A stretch of 63,871 nucleotides of DNA, the filler included, from Octopus bimaculoides (lineage: Eukaryota): NCBI RefSeq assembly GCF_001194135.2. It is 5 parts of 4 records of this genome, joined end to end, with 100 filler letters (N's around TTAATTAATTAA, not from the genome) between each part and the next. Parts side by side here need not be neighbours in the genome. Positions count along the whole stretch, not along the records: positions 1 to 26,059 come from NC_068983.1; 4 more parts are not named here. One strand, given 5' to 3'. Under the pieces are notes generated by a model. The model was given only the letters and a program-made list of their open reading frames with translations, was not told where the DNA came from and did no database searches. Shown piece by piece: positions 11,382 to 23,965 of this stretch (within the stretch, counting starts at the first letter, position 1; the number at the start of each line of letters is the position of its first letter). The translations under genes and the position numbers were made by a program.

Positions 11382-11746
11382 CGGGATCACTGCCAGAGCA
11401 GCGGTCTTGCTCCTGTGCCGGTGGCACATAAAATGTACCTTACTGGCACTTGTGCCGGTGACATGTGAACAAAACATTGTCTGACTCCTGTGCAGGTAGC
11501 ACATAAAAAACACCATTTGAGCGTGGCTGTTGCCAGTACTGCTGGACTGGCCCTCATGCCAGTGGCACGTAAAAAGCACTCACTACACTCTCAGAGTGGT
11601 TGGTGTTAGGAAGGGCATCCAGCTGTAGAAACTCTGCCAGATCAGATTGGAGTCTGATGTAGCCATCTGCTTCGCCAGTCCCCAGTCAAATCGTCCAACC
11701 CATGCTAGCATGGAAAGCAGACATTAAATGATGATGATGATGATGA
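11382..11746 (+). mobile_element. RTE-type LINE/SINE 3' tail with tandem 65-70-bp units and (GAT)n end
   Basis: gtggttggtgttaggaagggcatccagctgtagaaac...catgctagcatggaaagcagacattaaatgatgatgatg. The same tail recurs about 9 times in the window. Confidence 0.7.
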
Positions 11747-12214
11747 TATTCATATATATTACAGTTATGTTGAAACGCGAAATGGGAAAGTGCAGTATTA
11801 ACGACAAAACATTTGTGGAATAAATGATGGGCTAATTTGTCTATGTGACATTTCATGCATCCATTTGGAGGATTCCAGGCCCTAACCTGTCAAGGAAAAT
11901 TGGGGTAGGAGTAGGTGATTTTTTAACGCATCGTAAAGCTGTCAGTGGATATACTCTCCTTTGCGACGATCGGCGCCGCATCTAACACAACCCATCGTAT
12001 GGTTGACAGTCGAATGAATGTAGATGTAATGGAGATATTGTACGTAAATGGGCACATTCCAAAAAGGGGCTGCAATGAGAGATGGCAACGTTGCCATTGG
12101 ATTGCTGGTGTGGCTGTAGAATAAGAAACATAAACTGATCCTATTCAGTCACATGAGAATATGTAGTAATGAATTACTTGAAAAAAATAAGGTGTAATGG
12201 CTTACCATGTGGTT

Positions 12215-13494
12215 GGTGAGAGTAATTGGAGAATACATTTTGAAACTAAAATCCATGAAGGAAACTACTTTGTTGATGCAGTCTTCGGATTTGTTGGTAT
12301 TATGCCGAATGGTATCCATCTTCACCATTCACAATGAGCAGTGGATATTGGAGCACATCATAGGATGTAGTAATTCCTACAAAACCGCTTGGTAAACAAT
12401 ATTCTTTGTTTTCCCTTGCAAATAGATTTTTTTTTTGCTTCTCTCTCTAGAGCAGCCAACATTTAATTGCCATGTGAAAAACATGACTCTTTCAAGTGAA
12501 GTCCTACCACAGACATTGTTTGACCCTGGGATTTATTGATAGACATTGCAAAGCTGATACAAATAGGAAATTGCACTCTTCTGAAGGAAAAAGGAATTTC
12601 TGCTCCTGATGGAATGAGAGGAGTCTAGGATATGAAAACAACATCTCCTTTTCCACATCCAGAGAGAATGGTGGCATCATCTTCTTTACCACCAGGTGTG
12701 TCACACTGTAGAGTGTTGGTGGATCCAAATTCCTCAATAACATTACTGGAGTCCCCACTTTAGGTTCCAATCTGTTCCTGGAGGCTCCAATGAATTGAGA
12801 AATCCTGTTGGATAATTTACCACCTCTTCTGGATCTGGAATTGTATCAACTGACTTATAGATGTGAGGACTTCCAGGAAGGTACTGCAGCAGCTGCTCAT
12901 TAATTTTACTTACAGTGCTGTTTTTTGCAGCTAGTATTGCTCTTTCACACAGCCAATTGAGATTGTGATAATTTTTCAACCAATGGAGGATCTCCTCTTT
13001 GGAGACATTATGTCAAGAAATATGATGTAATAAAATGAGATGACAATTATGTGTTAATAATGAAATGACAGTATAAAAAGGTAAATAATATCAGTATCTT
13101 AGCAAATTTTAAGAAATACATACAATGAACTGAGATGACACTTATGTTAATAATTAATTGTCAATAAAAAAAACATTAATTAATATCAATATTTTAAAAA
13201 GATGAAAAATGTTCAGCAGATTAATCATGCTGGATGTGAGAGAGACAATCAATTTCTGAAAGTTACTTCGCAAAGAGATACCTTCCTTCTCCATGTAACC
13301 CAGGAAAAGGTATTTTCTGATCCCAGAGGGCCCATTACACATAATGTGAAAAATTTTAAGAGTTTAAAACCATCTCTGAAACATAAGAAATGTATGTTCC
13401 CATTTTGGAGAAAATCAGTTGCAAACTTCAGAAGTTATCAGTTGCAAACTTCAGAGGGTTTACACACACACAACCTCACTTTTATATATAGATA
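12215..13494 (-). pseudogene. Helitron deletion derivative with Pif1-like helicase C-terminal remnant
   Basis: Minus strand reads WLCERAILAAKN...YPTGFLNSLEPPG, LKVGTPVMLLRNLDPP and GKTKNIVYQAVL*, then SYDVLQYPLLIVNGEDGYH. 5' TCTATATATAAAAGTGAGG near 13494. Confidence 0.85.
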
Positions 13495-13495
13495 G

Positions 13496-13529
<34 letters not shown>

Positions 13530-13789
13530 ATACACACATATATATACCTGAGTCGTCTAATAGACCATGAGTCAGGGAAAAAATGCACTCGTATATTTGT
13601 CAATAGAATGGGTATATTATCCAAAATATATATATTTATAGATGAGGATGGTCATTTTGCTAATAAACAAGCACTATTTATTTGATCTTTACTTTAGCAT
13701 AATTATTATTAGTTTATTTGGCAGAGATCTTTCATCACATCGTGACCTCTTCTTGTCATGTCTATTCCATCTTGTCATATATATGGGCT

Positions 13790-15207
13790 GCAGCTTTGCC
13801 CATCCCAAATCTTATCAGAACAACCAGTGGGGTAACCACCTGAAACAAAAGCAGCAACAAAATAGAAGGAAATCATCAAGCATGAACCTCCAGGGTAATA
13901 GTGCACCAACAGGAAGAAATGCATCTCAAAAGAGTAGGAAAAGAGATCAGCGCATGCACTCTGCACCCCTCAAAAAGTGATATGCAGAGGCTGTACGAAC
14001 TGCAGTTATCGAGCAACGGTTTTTTTTTTAACATGGCCCAGAAGATAGTGATGCAGCTAACATGGATGCACAGGATGCAAACTCAAAGCCATGCATTTCA
14101 ATGCACAAGAATATCTCAGGGGACAGGCCCAGGATGGCACCACAAAATCCTACCCAGATATCACGCCCATATTCCTATTGAACATCAAAGGTCTGCTAAA
14201 GCTCAGGAACAGAGGTAAAATTCTGTACCTGAAAGAGCTTGCTGCATGCAACCAAGCAATATGCATGGCACTCACTGAAATGCATCTAATCCCTAATATA
14301 ACAGATGTCTGTATTTCATACAGACAGAAGAGGAAGAAACCACAGTGTAGTTGCTATGTACATCCGTGAAGATGTCACACCTCTTGTATTACTGTCACAT
14401 TCAAACTCAGTTTGTGACACCTTGATAAGACATATAAAACAAGTTGATGTAGTTGTATGCACAATATATCATCTGTCAAATACCATGAAATATGTCAGCA
14501 AATTTGAGGAGAGTCTCAGCCACATAGAAGAGGTATTAACAAACCTTGATCAATACATCAATATACTTCTGGGTGACTTCAACTTTCCAAATGTTAAATG
14601 ACTGGAACGCCACATCCTCTCTGGGATGTCACTGCATGAACAAAAGCACATACAGTCATTACTGGAACTCTCTAATATGCTGTTCATGGAACAAGTGATA
14701 CTCATGCCAACCAGGGGAAACAACATCTTAGACATTTGCTTCACAAATAATGTGGACCTTATTCATACTGTGAGGGTGACACAGCACTCTCAGACCACAA
14801 CATTATGGAAATTAAGTATGTATGGTCCTAAGCAAACTGCTAGTAACTATCAGAAAGACTCAAGCAACGTCTGACCTGAATTTCAATAAAGCAAAATGGG
14901 AATCAATCTGCAAAAAGATTCACAAACGAAACTGGTCCAACATCCTATGTATGCAAGACATTGACTTGAAACTAAGTCAGTTTATGTCAACAGTGCAAAC
15001 TATATGCACTATTAAATACACCCCAGAAAGAAAAGCCAGCATACCGACAAACAAGATTCCCAGGGATAGAAAAATCCTTATGAGACGCAGGTCAAAGGTC
15101 TCAAACCAGTTGAATAGACAACTGAAGGATAGGGAGAAGTCTGTTTTAGTACAGACACTCCTAGAAATCAAAAGCAAGATCAAACTCTCTAATGAAACGG
15201 AAAGAGC

Positions 15208-15250
<43 letters not shown>

Positions 15251-15300
15251 ACAGAGCTGTGGAAAGCATAAAAACAAACCCTAAAACTCTATAAATTTGC
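13790..15300 (+). pseudogene. CR1/L2-group LINE remnant (AP endonuclease region)
   Basis: LLNIKGL...ALTEMHL, ILLGDFNFPNVK, EQVILMPTRGNNILDICFTNN, LNFNKAKWESI and IKTNPK in shifting frames. Confidence 0.8.
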
Positions 15301-15334
15301 AAAAGAAACAGCTACAATACAATAGAGTGAGCCT

Positions 15335-15525
15335 ATGTACAAGAGAAATGTGTCTGCATGGATGATGGTGCACTTGCATTTAATGATTCTGCAAAGAAAG
15401 AGGCTCATTCTGAAAGACTGCTGAATGTTGAGAATGAATGGGAGGAAGAGAGCCCGCCAAATGTTGACCAAACTGAGGGAGCAGCTATCCAAATTGACAA
15501 TACCTTGGTAGATAAGTCTAGTTGA
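15335..15525 (+). pseudogene. RTE-clade LINE ORF fragment
   Basis: EKCVCMDDGALAFNDSAKKEA...RLLNVENEWEEESPPNVDQTEGAAIQIDNTLVDKS. Confidence 0.6.
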
Positions 15526-16235
15526 TGTGGCTCATTAGGATTTAGATTATACAAGAACAGCATAACAAATTGCCTCAGTCTCTTGCAAAGGTCTTAATTC
15601 AATGCATGTTCAGATATGTATACACATAAATATATGTGTAACTATTGAGAATATGTATGTAGGTGAGTGTATGTATGTATGTATGTATGTATGAATGGAT
15701 GCATGCATGTATGTATGTATGTATGTAAGTATGTATGAATGGATGCATGCATGCATGCATGTATGTAATTATCCCAAGTATGATTAAACTGCATCCAGTA
15801 GTAGAGCCCTGGTTCAGGAGTTTCCAGGATTTCCAGGCAGATGGAATCACCTTTTATCCGCTATTATTCCCAAGTCTACTCTGACCCATAGTAATAGCAC
15901 CTGTCAAAGATCCAGCTATGGATAAATTAGCATATTAGACCTTGCCTACCTATGCATGTGAAGACTGAATCAGGCGGACCCTGTGGAAGAAACCTTCATG
16001 GTTAAACAGAGGGGAAATCAGCTGCTGCAACGCATTTTGGAGTGCAGAGAGCAAGATGAAACAAGTAAGACATTTTGGTCATCTACTGCATCTGTCTCCA
16101 TCCCAATGTTGTCCAGGCCTAGTCTTACCACTGAATTGATGACAGTCACAAATGAGAGAGTAAAGATGATGATGTACAACTCCACTTCAAATAAAGACCA
16201 TGTGAATCTTCAGTCATCCTTAAGAATGGCTAGAT

Positions 16236-16594
16236 CAGGGGTTCTCGACCATTATTTTATTTATGGACCCCCTTGATTACTATCTTATTCTGGTTGACCC
16301 CCATAGCCATTCAATGTCTAAAACTAATTTTATAGAAACTTCTTTCAAAATATCTACTTAGTTTTTCACACATTAATTTGTGTAGGTTGAACTATGTAAA
16401 ATGTTAAAAAAAGAAACCTAACTGTTTCTTGCAATAAATACCAATATAAACATCAAAAGAAAAATTTTTTCAAGGGCCCTTAAAATGCTATCCTAGATCC
16501 CCAGTTTATTTTTTTTTTGTTGAATGAACCCCATCCAAAATCTTATATGGACCCTCAGGGGCCATGTGGACCCTAGTTGAGAACCACACCACTG
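16236..16594. mobile_element. hAT (Buster/Charlie-type) MITE
   Basis: CAGGGGTTCTCGACC...GTTGAGAACCAC(ACCAC)TG ends. Imperfect 8-bp TSD GGCTAGAT/GATTAGAT with central TA. A partial copy lies at 20516-20645. Confidence 0.7.
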
Positions 16595-16859
16595 GATTAG
16601 ATGGTCCTCGAAACATGTATGCAAGTATGTGTGTGTGCATGGTACTTTGAGCAAATGTCCTCTACTACAGCCTCAGTCTGACCAAACACTTGTGAATAGA
16701 TTTGAATGACAAAAGCTGAACAGAAGCCCATCAAATATGTGCACACACACACATCTGCTCCTTGTCCCACTATCATAGTTTCTTATCCCTCTATTTTATA
16801 CCCCACTCAGTTGAGGTGGTGGGGTCTTATCTTGCAGGTACTTGATGACCTCAATGATC

Positions 16860-17047
16860 CTGGTGTCACATAAAAAGTACCCAGTACACTTTTTCAAGTA
16901 GTTGGTGCTAGGTAGGGCATCCAGCTGTAGAAACCATGCCAAAGCAGACATAGAATCTGGCACAGCCTTCTTGTGTGTCTGTTCCTTTCTCAAACCATCC
17001 AACCCATGTCAGCATGGAAATAAGGTATTAAATGATGATGATGATGA
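16860..17047 (+). mobile_element. RTE-type 3' tail
   Basis: ggtagggcatccagctgtagaaaccatgcc...aaatgatgatgatgatg. Confidence 0.7.
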
Positions 17048-17079
17048 TATATACACATACATACATATAAAAGTATATA

Positions 17080-17328
17080 TCTACTACATATGTGGAAAAT
17101 CGGTGTATGTTTGTTTGTGGCATTGTTAGCTAACTCCTCCTACATCGTTTTATTGATTTTGATGAAACTTGACACATGAGTAGAACTCATGTCTGGAAAC
17201 CTCGTGACATACTTAGATTGTTGAAAAAATCAATAATACAGCCCCTGGAAATTGCTTTCTTATATCAGAGTAATAAGGCATTTCAATAGAACATCTTTAC
17301 CCCGGGAATTACTGGGTACACCAGCTAG
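17080..17328 (+). mobile_element. Non-autonomous Helitron-like element, short form
   Basis: A|TC start at 17080, CCCGG-GAATTA-CTGGG hairpin at 17301-17316, CTAG end at 17325-17328. Confidence 0.7.
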
Positions 17329-17584
17329 ATATATATTTATCTTTTATCTTTTACTTGTTTCAGTGACTAGACTGTGGCCATGCTGGGGTGCCGCCTTGAA
17401 TTTTTAGTCGAATGAATCAACACCAGTACTTATTTTTTAAGTGTGGTACTTATTTTGTTAGTCTCTATTGCTGAACCACTGAGTTACAAGGACACAAACA
17501 CACCAACATCGGTTGTCAAGTGATGATGGGGGCATAAACAGAGACACAATGACAAAGGCACATAGACATATATGTACTGATATA

Positions 17585-18837
17585 CAGGGTGCATAAGATA
17601 TTTGAGGACAGATTAAAGTTTATAAAAAAAAACAGATATAGAACAACAGATAATAACTTTATTTATCAAAAAATGCTATGAGGATAGAAATAAACCTTTT
17701 CTATAATGTTATTCAATAAAGCCACCTTCAGCTTCAACAACTGCTTCTATATGAAATCTAAGTCAACTACTTGCTTGAATCAAGTGGTCTTGGTTCATTT
17801 TGGACATTACTCTGACTATGACAGCTTTCAAAGAATCTTTGCTGTTATGGGTGTGTTCATTTGACCTCTCTCAACAACGCTCCACATGTAATAGTCCAAT
17901 GGATTAAGATCTGGAGAATTAGGAGGCTAAATGTTAGGGGTTATGTGATCATGAACATTTTCAGCCATCCATTCCTGTGTTACTAGAGCCATGTGTGATA
18001 GTGCAGAGTCTTACTGGAACACATATAACCTTCCATTGCATACACTGTCTATCCAGGGCTTAACAACTGTTTCCAGGACTTCAATGTAGGTGGCAGAGTT
18101 AACTCTAAGGCCTTGTGGAAAGAAGTAAGGAGGCATTACATGTCCTTCATTGCTGACAACCCCTAAAATCATGACAGTTGCAGGAAATTTTGTATACATA
18201 TCACTTGGAACTTCAGAAGGATCTGCACATAACCATCTGTTATTTCTTCTGTTAACTTTTTGATCTTGATCGAAGTTTTTCTCAATTGAGAAAAACCAAA
18301 CCAAATCTTCTGCTGGATTTTTCAGTTTGTTTAAGAACCTTTTAAGATTTGATGTAGTGATTTTCTTTTGCTTTTTCTGACCTTTCCATGTCATATAAGA
18401 CTTATATCTGATGTCGTCATGAAAAACATTTCTGACTGTTCCTTCTGACACATGGAGATCTTTTGCAATTGACCTTATGGACTTTCTGGGATTATAATCA
18501 AGGGTCTGTTGAACTTGCTGGATACATTCAGGTGTTCTGATGATTTCAGAGTGTTTAGAATGCTTTTTATGCTTTGATACTGGTGATACGTTTCCATCTT
18601 CAGTCTCTAACTCCTTACAAACTTTGTAGATGAAAGATCTGGCAACTTTTCAAAATCAAGATATTTCTAAATCGCTATGCTCCACCTTTATAACCACAAT
18701 AACAGCATGCCTCTTCATTTCTTGAGTAAGCTGAGGGTATGCCATTATCATTTTCTGGAACAAAGATTATACAGAGTTATTAAAAAATGCAGCAATGACC
18801 CCAAAAATGTATGCCCTCAAATATCTTACGCACCCTG
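17585..18837 (-). mobile_element. Full-length maT (DD37D) Tc1/mariner transposon with decayed transposase
   Basis: 26-bp TIRs CAGGGTGC(A/G)TAAGATATTTGAGG(A/G)CA and TA TSDs at 17583-84 and 18838-39. FQ*D-(37 aa)-NPLDYY with in-frame stops. Confidence 0.92.
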
Positions 18838-18986
18838 TACATATGACAGGTTTTCTTTCAGTTTCCATCCACCAAATCCACTCACAAGGCTTTGGTCAGT
18901 CCAAGGCTATACTTGCAGACACTTGCCAAAAGTGTCATGCAGTGGGACTAAACCTGGAACCATGTGGTTGAGAAACAAGCTTCTTA

Positions 18987-19217
18987 TTTCTTTGTTGCTC
19001 ACAAGGGGCTAAACATAGAGGGGACAAACAAGGACAGACAAAGGGATTAAGTCAATTACATCGACCCCAGTGCATAACTGGTGCTTAATTTATCGACCCC
19101 GAAAGGATGAAAGGCAAAATCGACCTCGGTGGGATTTGAACTCAGGACGTAGCAGCAGACAAAATACCACTAAGCATTTCGCCCGGCGTGCTAACGTTTC
19201 TGCCAGCTCGCCGCCTT
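18987..19217 (-). mobile_element. SINE family B, complete, with 20-bp TSD and Tx1-like tail
   Basis: TSD GTTGAGAAACAAGCTTCTTA at 18967-18986 and 19218-19237. 3' end CCCCTTGTGAGCAACAAAGAAAT. Confidence 0.9.
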
Positions 19218-19999
19218 GTTGAGAAACAAGCTTCTTACCACACAACCACGCTTGTATATATATGCACACACACACACACACAACATACATATACAGGTAT
19301 ATATATCATATGAGCAAGTTTGTATGTGTATACTTGATTCATATTGACTGCTAAATTCTTTATCCAAAAAGCCAAAATAAAAACAAGATTTGTTTTGAAG
19401 CACCCATTTGTCAGTGGGTCAGTTATACAAAAGTCATACACGTGTGTGTGTGTGTGTGCACTTACACTTTTGGCTTTCTTTAGTGGCTCATTAGGATTCA
19501 AATCATGCTGGTGCACATAACAAGCTGCCTCAATATTTCACTATAGGTCTTATTTCTCATTTTTTGTGTGTAACTGTTGCCATCTCCACTGCCACTGGTG
19601 CTAAATTTCTGAACTTAACTATTCTAGCTCTCTCTTTCTATACTTTGTGGAAAGCTTCGTATTTTCAGTCATTCTCCCCAGCTCTCTCTATTATTAATTA
19701 TTTCTCTTCTTGTTTTATTCTCTCTTTATCACCACTTTTCCCCCTCCCTCTTTCCAAATATGTCTCTTTGTTATATATTTTCCTTTTGTCTCAGTTTTAT
19801 CCTTTCTCTTTTCCCCTAGAATCAGTTGTATAATGACAGTATTAGCAACTTTGATGTAGAGCTGCTGTTGATTATGATATAACGGCTTATTTTAATATAA
19901 GCAGAAAGACAAATTTTGTGGACATGGATTTAAATTGTAATCACAGTAAAATGTATTTTATTTCTTTTATAAGGAATTGGCCACAAATGATTTGTAGGT

Positions 20000-20248
20000 A
20001 AAGTTCCCTTCTCAAGTCATACTGACTAATAAGGGCTGGTTTCCCAGTTTCCACAGCACATATATTCCCCACCTGGACAGTACACCAGTCCATCGCAGAA
20101 TTACTCATTTTTGCCAGCTGAGTGGACTGCAGTATTGTGAAATGAAGTGTTTTGCTCAAGAACACAATGAATTGCCTGGTCCAAGAATCAAAACCATAAG
20201 CTTACAATCAGTAGTCCAACACCCTAACCGCTAAGCTATGTGTCCGCA
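20000..20248 (-). mobile_element. tRNA-derived SINE (further family)
   Basis: Minus-strand head ...tagcttagcggttagggtgttggactactgattgtaag..., then gttcttgagcaaaacacttc core. Confidence 0.6.
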
Positions 20249-20651
20249 TTAAACGATATATCCATCAATAATGCCATGGAAAAAAGTAGACTCGCCACAT
20301 GCACACAATTTTTTCTTGTTTATAGGTGAGATTCACTTCAATGAAATCGATTCCCATAATATTTACAGAGCTCTCAGACCCATGCAGGGTGAAAGAGTTC
20401 TTCAGTATTGTTAAAACTTAGGTGGTCCATGGTCTCTGTGATGCACCAAATGGTTTCCAATGCCAACATTTGTCAAGGAGACACAACTAGGTGAAAATCT
20501 CTCTCCTTCTTATAGACCAGTGGTTCTCAACCAGGCTCCATATAGCCCCTGAGGGCCCATATAAGATTTCTGGTAGTCCACAAAACAAAATAATTAAATT
20601 GGGGATCCAAAATAGCATTTTAAGAGTCCTTGAAAAAACAAATGCTTTAGA

Positions 20652-20794
20652 TGTGGGAGTGGCTGTGTGGTGAGTAGCTTGCTTACCAACCACATGGTTC
20701 CAGGTTCAGTCCCACTGCATGGCACCTTGGACAAGTGTCTTCCATTATAGCCTTGGGCAGACCAAAGCCTTGTGAAAGGATTTGGTAGATGGAG

Positions 20795-20836
<42 letters not shown>

Positions 20837-21672
20837 GCTTAAAAGAGTTCCAACACTGTCTGTTTTTTATGTTTTATTTATATTCCTGCAGAACTAATGT
20901 GGGGTATAGAATATGGAATATACAATATATAATATGATATACAATATACAATATAAAATAAAATAAAATAAAAATGGATGGCACCATGAAAGAAAGTATT
21001 GAATGTAGATGAAATATTGAGTGTTCAATATAAAGGATCAAATATACAAATAGGGAAATAGCCCTGAAACTCGAGTCGCCTTTATATATATATATTTATN
21101 NNNNNNNNNNNNNNNNNNNNNNNNNNNNNNNNNNNNNNNNNNNNNNNNNNNNNNNNNNNNNNNNNNNNNNNNNNNNNNNNNNNNNNNNNNNNNNNNNNNN
21201 NNNNNNNNNNNNNNNNNNNNNNNNNNNNNNNNNNNNNNNNNNNNNNNNNNNNNNNNNNNNNNNNNNNNNNNNNNNNNNNNNNNNNNNNNNNNNNNNNNNN
21301 NNNNNNNNNNNNNNNNNNNNNNNNNNNNNNNNNNNNNNNNNNNNNNNNNNNNNNNNNNNNNNNCAAAATAATATATTCCTCTATACACAATCATACAAAA
21401 AAACCCACCTTTTTTGTATTTATTTTTACTCGCATATATATGTGTGTATGTGTGTGTGTGTGTGTGTGTGTTTTCGTGTGTATGTAATTGTCACCCCAAC
21501 ATCACTTGACGACTGATGCTGGTGTGTTTACGTCCCTGTAACTTAGCAGTTTGGCAAAAGAGACCAATAGAATAAGTACTAGGCTTACAAAGAATAAGTC
21601 CTGGGGTCGATTTGCTCGGCTAAAGGAGGTGCTCCAGCATGGCTGCAGTCAAATGACTGAAACAAGTAAAAG
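20652..21672 (+). mobile_element. SINE family A (head 20652-20800, 3' half 21460-21672) split by microsatellite and gap
   Basis: ggagtggctgtgtggtgagtagcttgc...; gctccagcatggctgcagtcaaatgactgaaacaagtaaaaga. Confidence 0.7.
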
Positions 21673-21789
21673 AATTGGTATGCATTGCAAGAAGCAGCTA
21701 GGTTTCTTTCTCTAACCTCCACAATTTAATGCGTGAAAAACAAAATAGGAATTTTGAAAGAAGTTTCTATAAAACTAGTTTTTAACCAT

Positions 21790-23345
21790 CAAATGGCTAT
21801 GAGGTCCACCAGAATAAAATAGTAATCATAGAGGTCCAAAGATAAAAAAAATGGGTGAGAGCCCCTATTATAGACAATAAGCATCAGAGGATGGAGGCTT
21901 CTAAATAGTGCATGGGTAGAATTGAAATTGACAACATAATTCCCCAATGCCCATTCCTGACCAAGACATTTCATGTACATATCAATTTTAAGTTCTGCAA
22001 TTAAATAAGGTCCATGAAATATGCCTGAAAATATATTGTCAAGGTATCTAATGTTGCAATGTTTGTTCTGATGCAGTAAAAAGCCACAGTAAAGTTTACC
22101 AATTCCAGCAAGACCAAACAAGAACAATGCTACAGCAGCAATGGGATTTTCTGACACTTCATCATCTTTCTTATTGATGAAGGTATCCCAACATTCAACA
22201 ACTTAATGTCTACTTAGAAAATAATTAGTGAGTTTACTTCACTCAAGCAACTTTTGCATAGCAAACACAGACAGGGAAAACAATGCTTACAACCTTTTTC
22301 CAAGCTGTGCCAGTATGATCCCTCTGTAAAGCATTGCTGTCCCATCAGAATTATTCCTTCCTGATGAGTGATGGAGATGAAAAAACTTCTATCAGGTTGT
22401 AGAAGGCCAACCTCATATGAGTTTTGACAGTACCATTGGAAGAGAGTATAAATAATGCACCAGCCAACATGAATGCTTCTTTCAATGAAGTGGGGTGTTC
22501 AAGATCATTTCAAGATCATTTCAAGATCATCAAATATTCAACAGTGAAATTTGCACTGTCTATAGAGACATGCTTTATATTCGGATTCCTGGAGAATGCT
22601 GCTGAGTAGGAGGCAACATAGTCAGAAGATTTTGTATCTCAAACAGCCAAAAGTCATAGGATTCTTTTCACCATTTCATTAATAAAACAACATGAACCAT
22701 CCCATATGCTTCAGTTTTGATTCAAATATTCTAATGACCTTGCCAACGAGTTCAAAGAACAATCTCACAGAAGTACTGTAAGTAGGTTACTCAAATGAAA
22801 TCTTTAGTGCAGCTCTTATTGACAAACTTAAAGATATAAATGGCCAAGGACTTCAAAAATGCAACAACTCTCAACCGAACAACACTGAAAACAATAATCT
22901 TACAGCAGAAATTTTGAAAGAGACATCTTATAATGTTGATACATTAACAGTATGTGTTGATAATGGTCCAAACTCACTGCAGCTCAGATACTAGCCTATT
23001 CTGCTATTTTTACAGGGTTCAGTAACAAGAAACTTGAATTTGCTTCTTTGATGTTCATGGTGTAACTGGAAAGATATTTTGATTTAGTCTTGTTGTTTAC
23101 TAAAATCTGTCAACGTGAAAGTATAGCTATTATAGTTGTTTCTTCGGGTGTCATCACCACACTTCTTTCTGTAGCTATGTCATACATTCTATCTTTAAGC
23201 TTCTCTTTGACTTAAGTACATGACTAAGAATTTGGGAACCAGATATGTTCTTAAGAGATGCTAAATGGTTGACTGAGATGAAGGCACAATGGTACACTAG
23301 AGAACTTTGAAAGCACTGGAAGGTATATTATAGGACTTCCATGAC
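21790..23345 (+). pseudogene. Helitron RepHel remnant (Rep C-terminal part to helicase motif I)
   Basis: YRQ*ASEDGGF, EIDNIIPQCPFLTKTFHVHINFKFCN*IRSMKY, FDVHGVTGKIF (Walker A-like), IAIIVVSSGVITTLLS. Many stops and frameshifts. Confidence 0.8.
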
Positions 23346-23613
23346 AAGGGTTCAAAGTGGAAGGAGTATCTTCAGTGTTGCAACCCCACCCTCTTACATA
23401 TATATATGTGCGTGTGTATGTGTCTGTATATATATATATATATNNNNNNNNNNNNNNNNNNNNNNNNNNNNNNNNNNNNNNNNNNNNNNNNNNNNNNNNN
23501 NNNNNNNNNNNNNNNNNNNNNNNNNNNNNNNNNNNNNNNNNNNNNNNNNNNNNNNNNNNNNNNNNNNNNNNNNNNNNNNNNNNNNNNNNNNNNNNNNNNN
23601 NNNNNNNNNNNNN

Positions 23614-23804
23614 TAAAGGGGTAATGATTCATGTAAAAACAAAATAATGGGTTCGTTAGGTTAAGTTTTATTTGTAATACACAGTTGCTTTGAATTTGCT
23701 TCAGAAAGAGGTCTACATTTGTGATGGTTACTTGGGGTGGAGGCACTAGAAATGTAGCCTGGGTGTCAAGGGGGTGGCAGCCCGAAAAAGTTTGGGAATC
23801 ACTG
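23614..23804. mobile_element. hAT-type MITE right end
   Basis: Ends aaaaagtttgggaatcactg. Confidence 0.5.
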
Positions 23805-23814
23805 TTCTATAGAG

Positions 23815-23965
23815 TGATTAGCATTAGGAAGTGCATCCAGCTATAGAAACCAAGCCAAAACAGACTGGAGTCTGGTGCAGCTCTCTGGCTTACCAGTTAC
23901 AGTCAAACTGCTTAACCCATGCCAGCATGGAAAACGGATGCTAAATGATGATGATGATGATGATG
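23815..23965 (+). mobile_element. RTE-type 3' tail
   Basis: gcattaggaagtgcatccagctatagaaac...aaatgatgatgatgatg. Confidence 0.7.

Larger units (their letters stand above)
17345..19250 (-). mobile_element. SINE family A copy interrupted by a maT transposon and a family B SINE
   Basis: Tail at 17345-17580, middle at 18840-18986 and head remainder at 19218-19250 are collinear once the two inserts are removed. Confidence 0.8.

Noticed and set aside
10329-11579. Long ORFs made mostly of X (also at 21, 23.4, 25, 30, 34.7 and 53.8-57 kb)
   Set aside because: They are open only because they run through N gaps.
12082-12097. Perfect palindrome ATGGCAACGTTGCCAT resembling RFX half-sites
   Set aside because: The half-sites are in the reverse arrangement to a canonical X-box and there is no nearby supported promoter.
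15768-16225. RT-like QGS motif in minus-strand ORF 15599-15850
   Set aside because: The surrounding residues do not fit the RT motif. The region looks like a retroelement 3' remnant that I could not classify.
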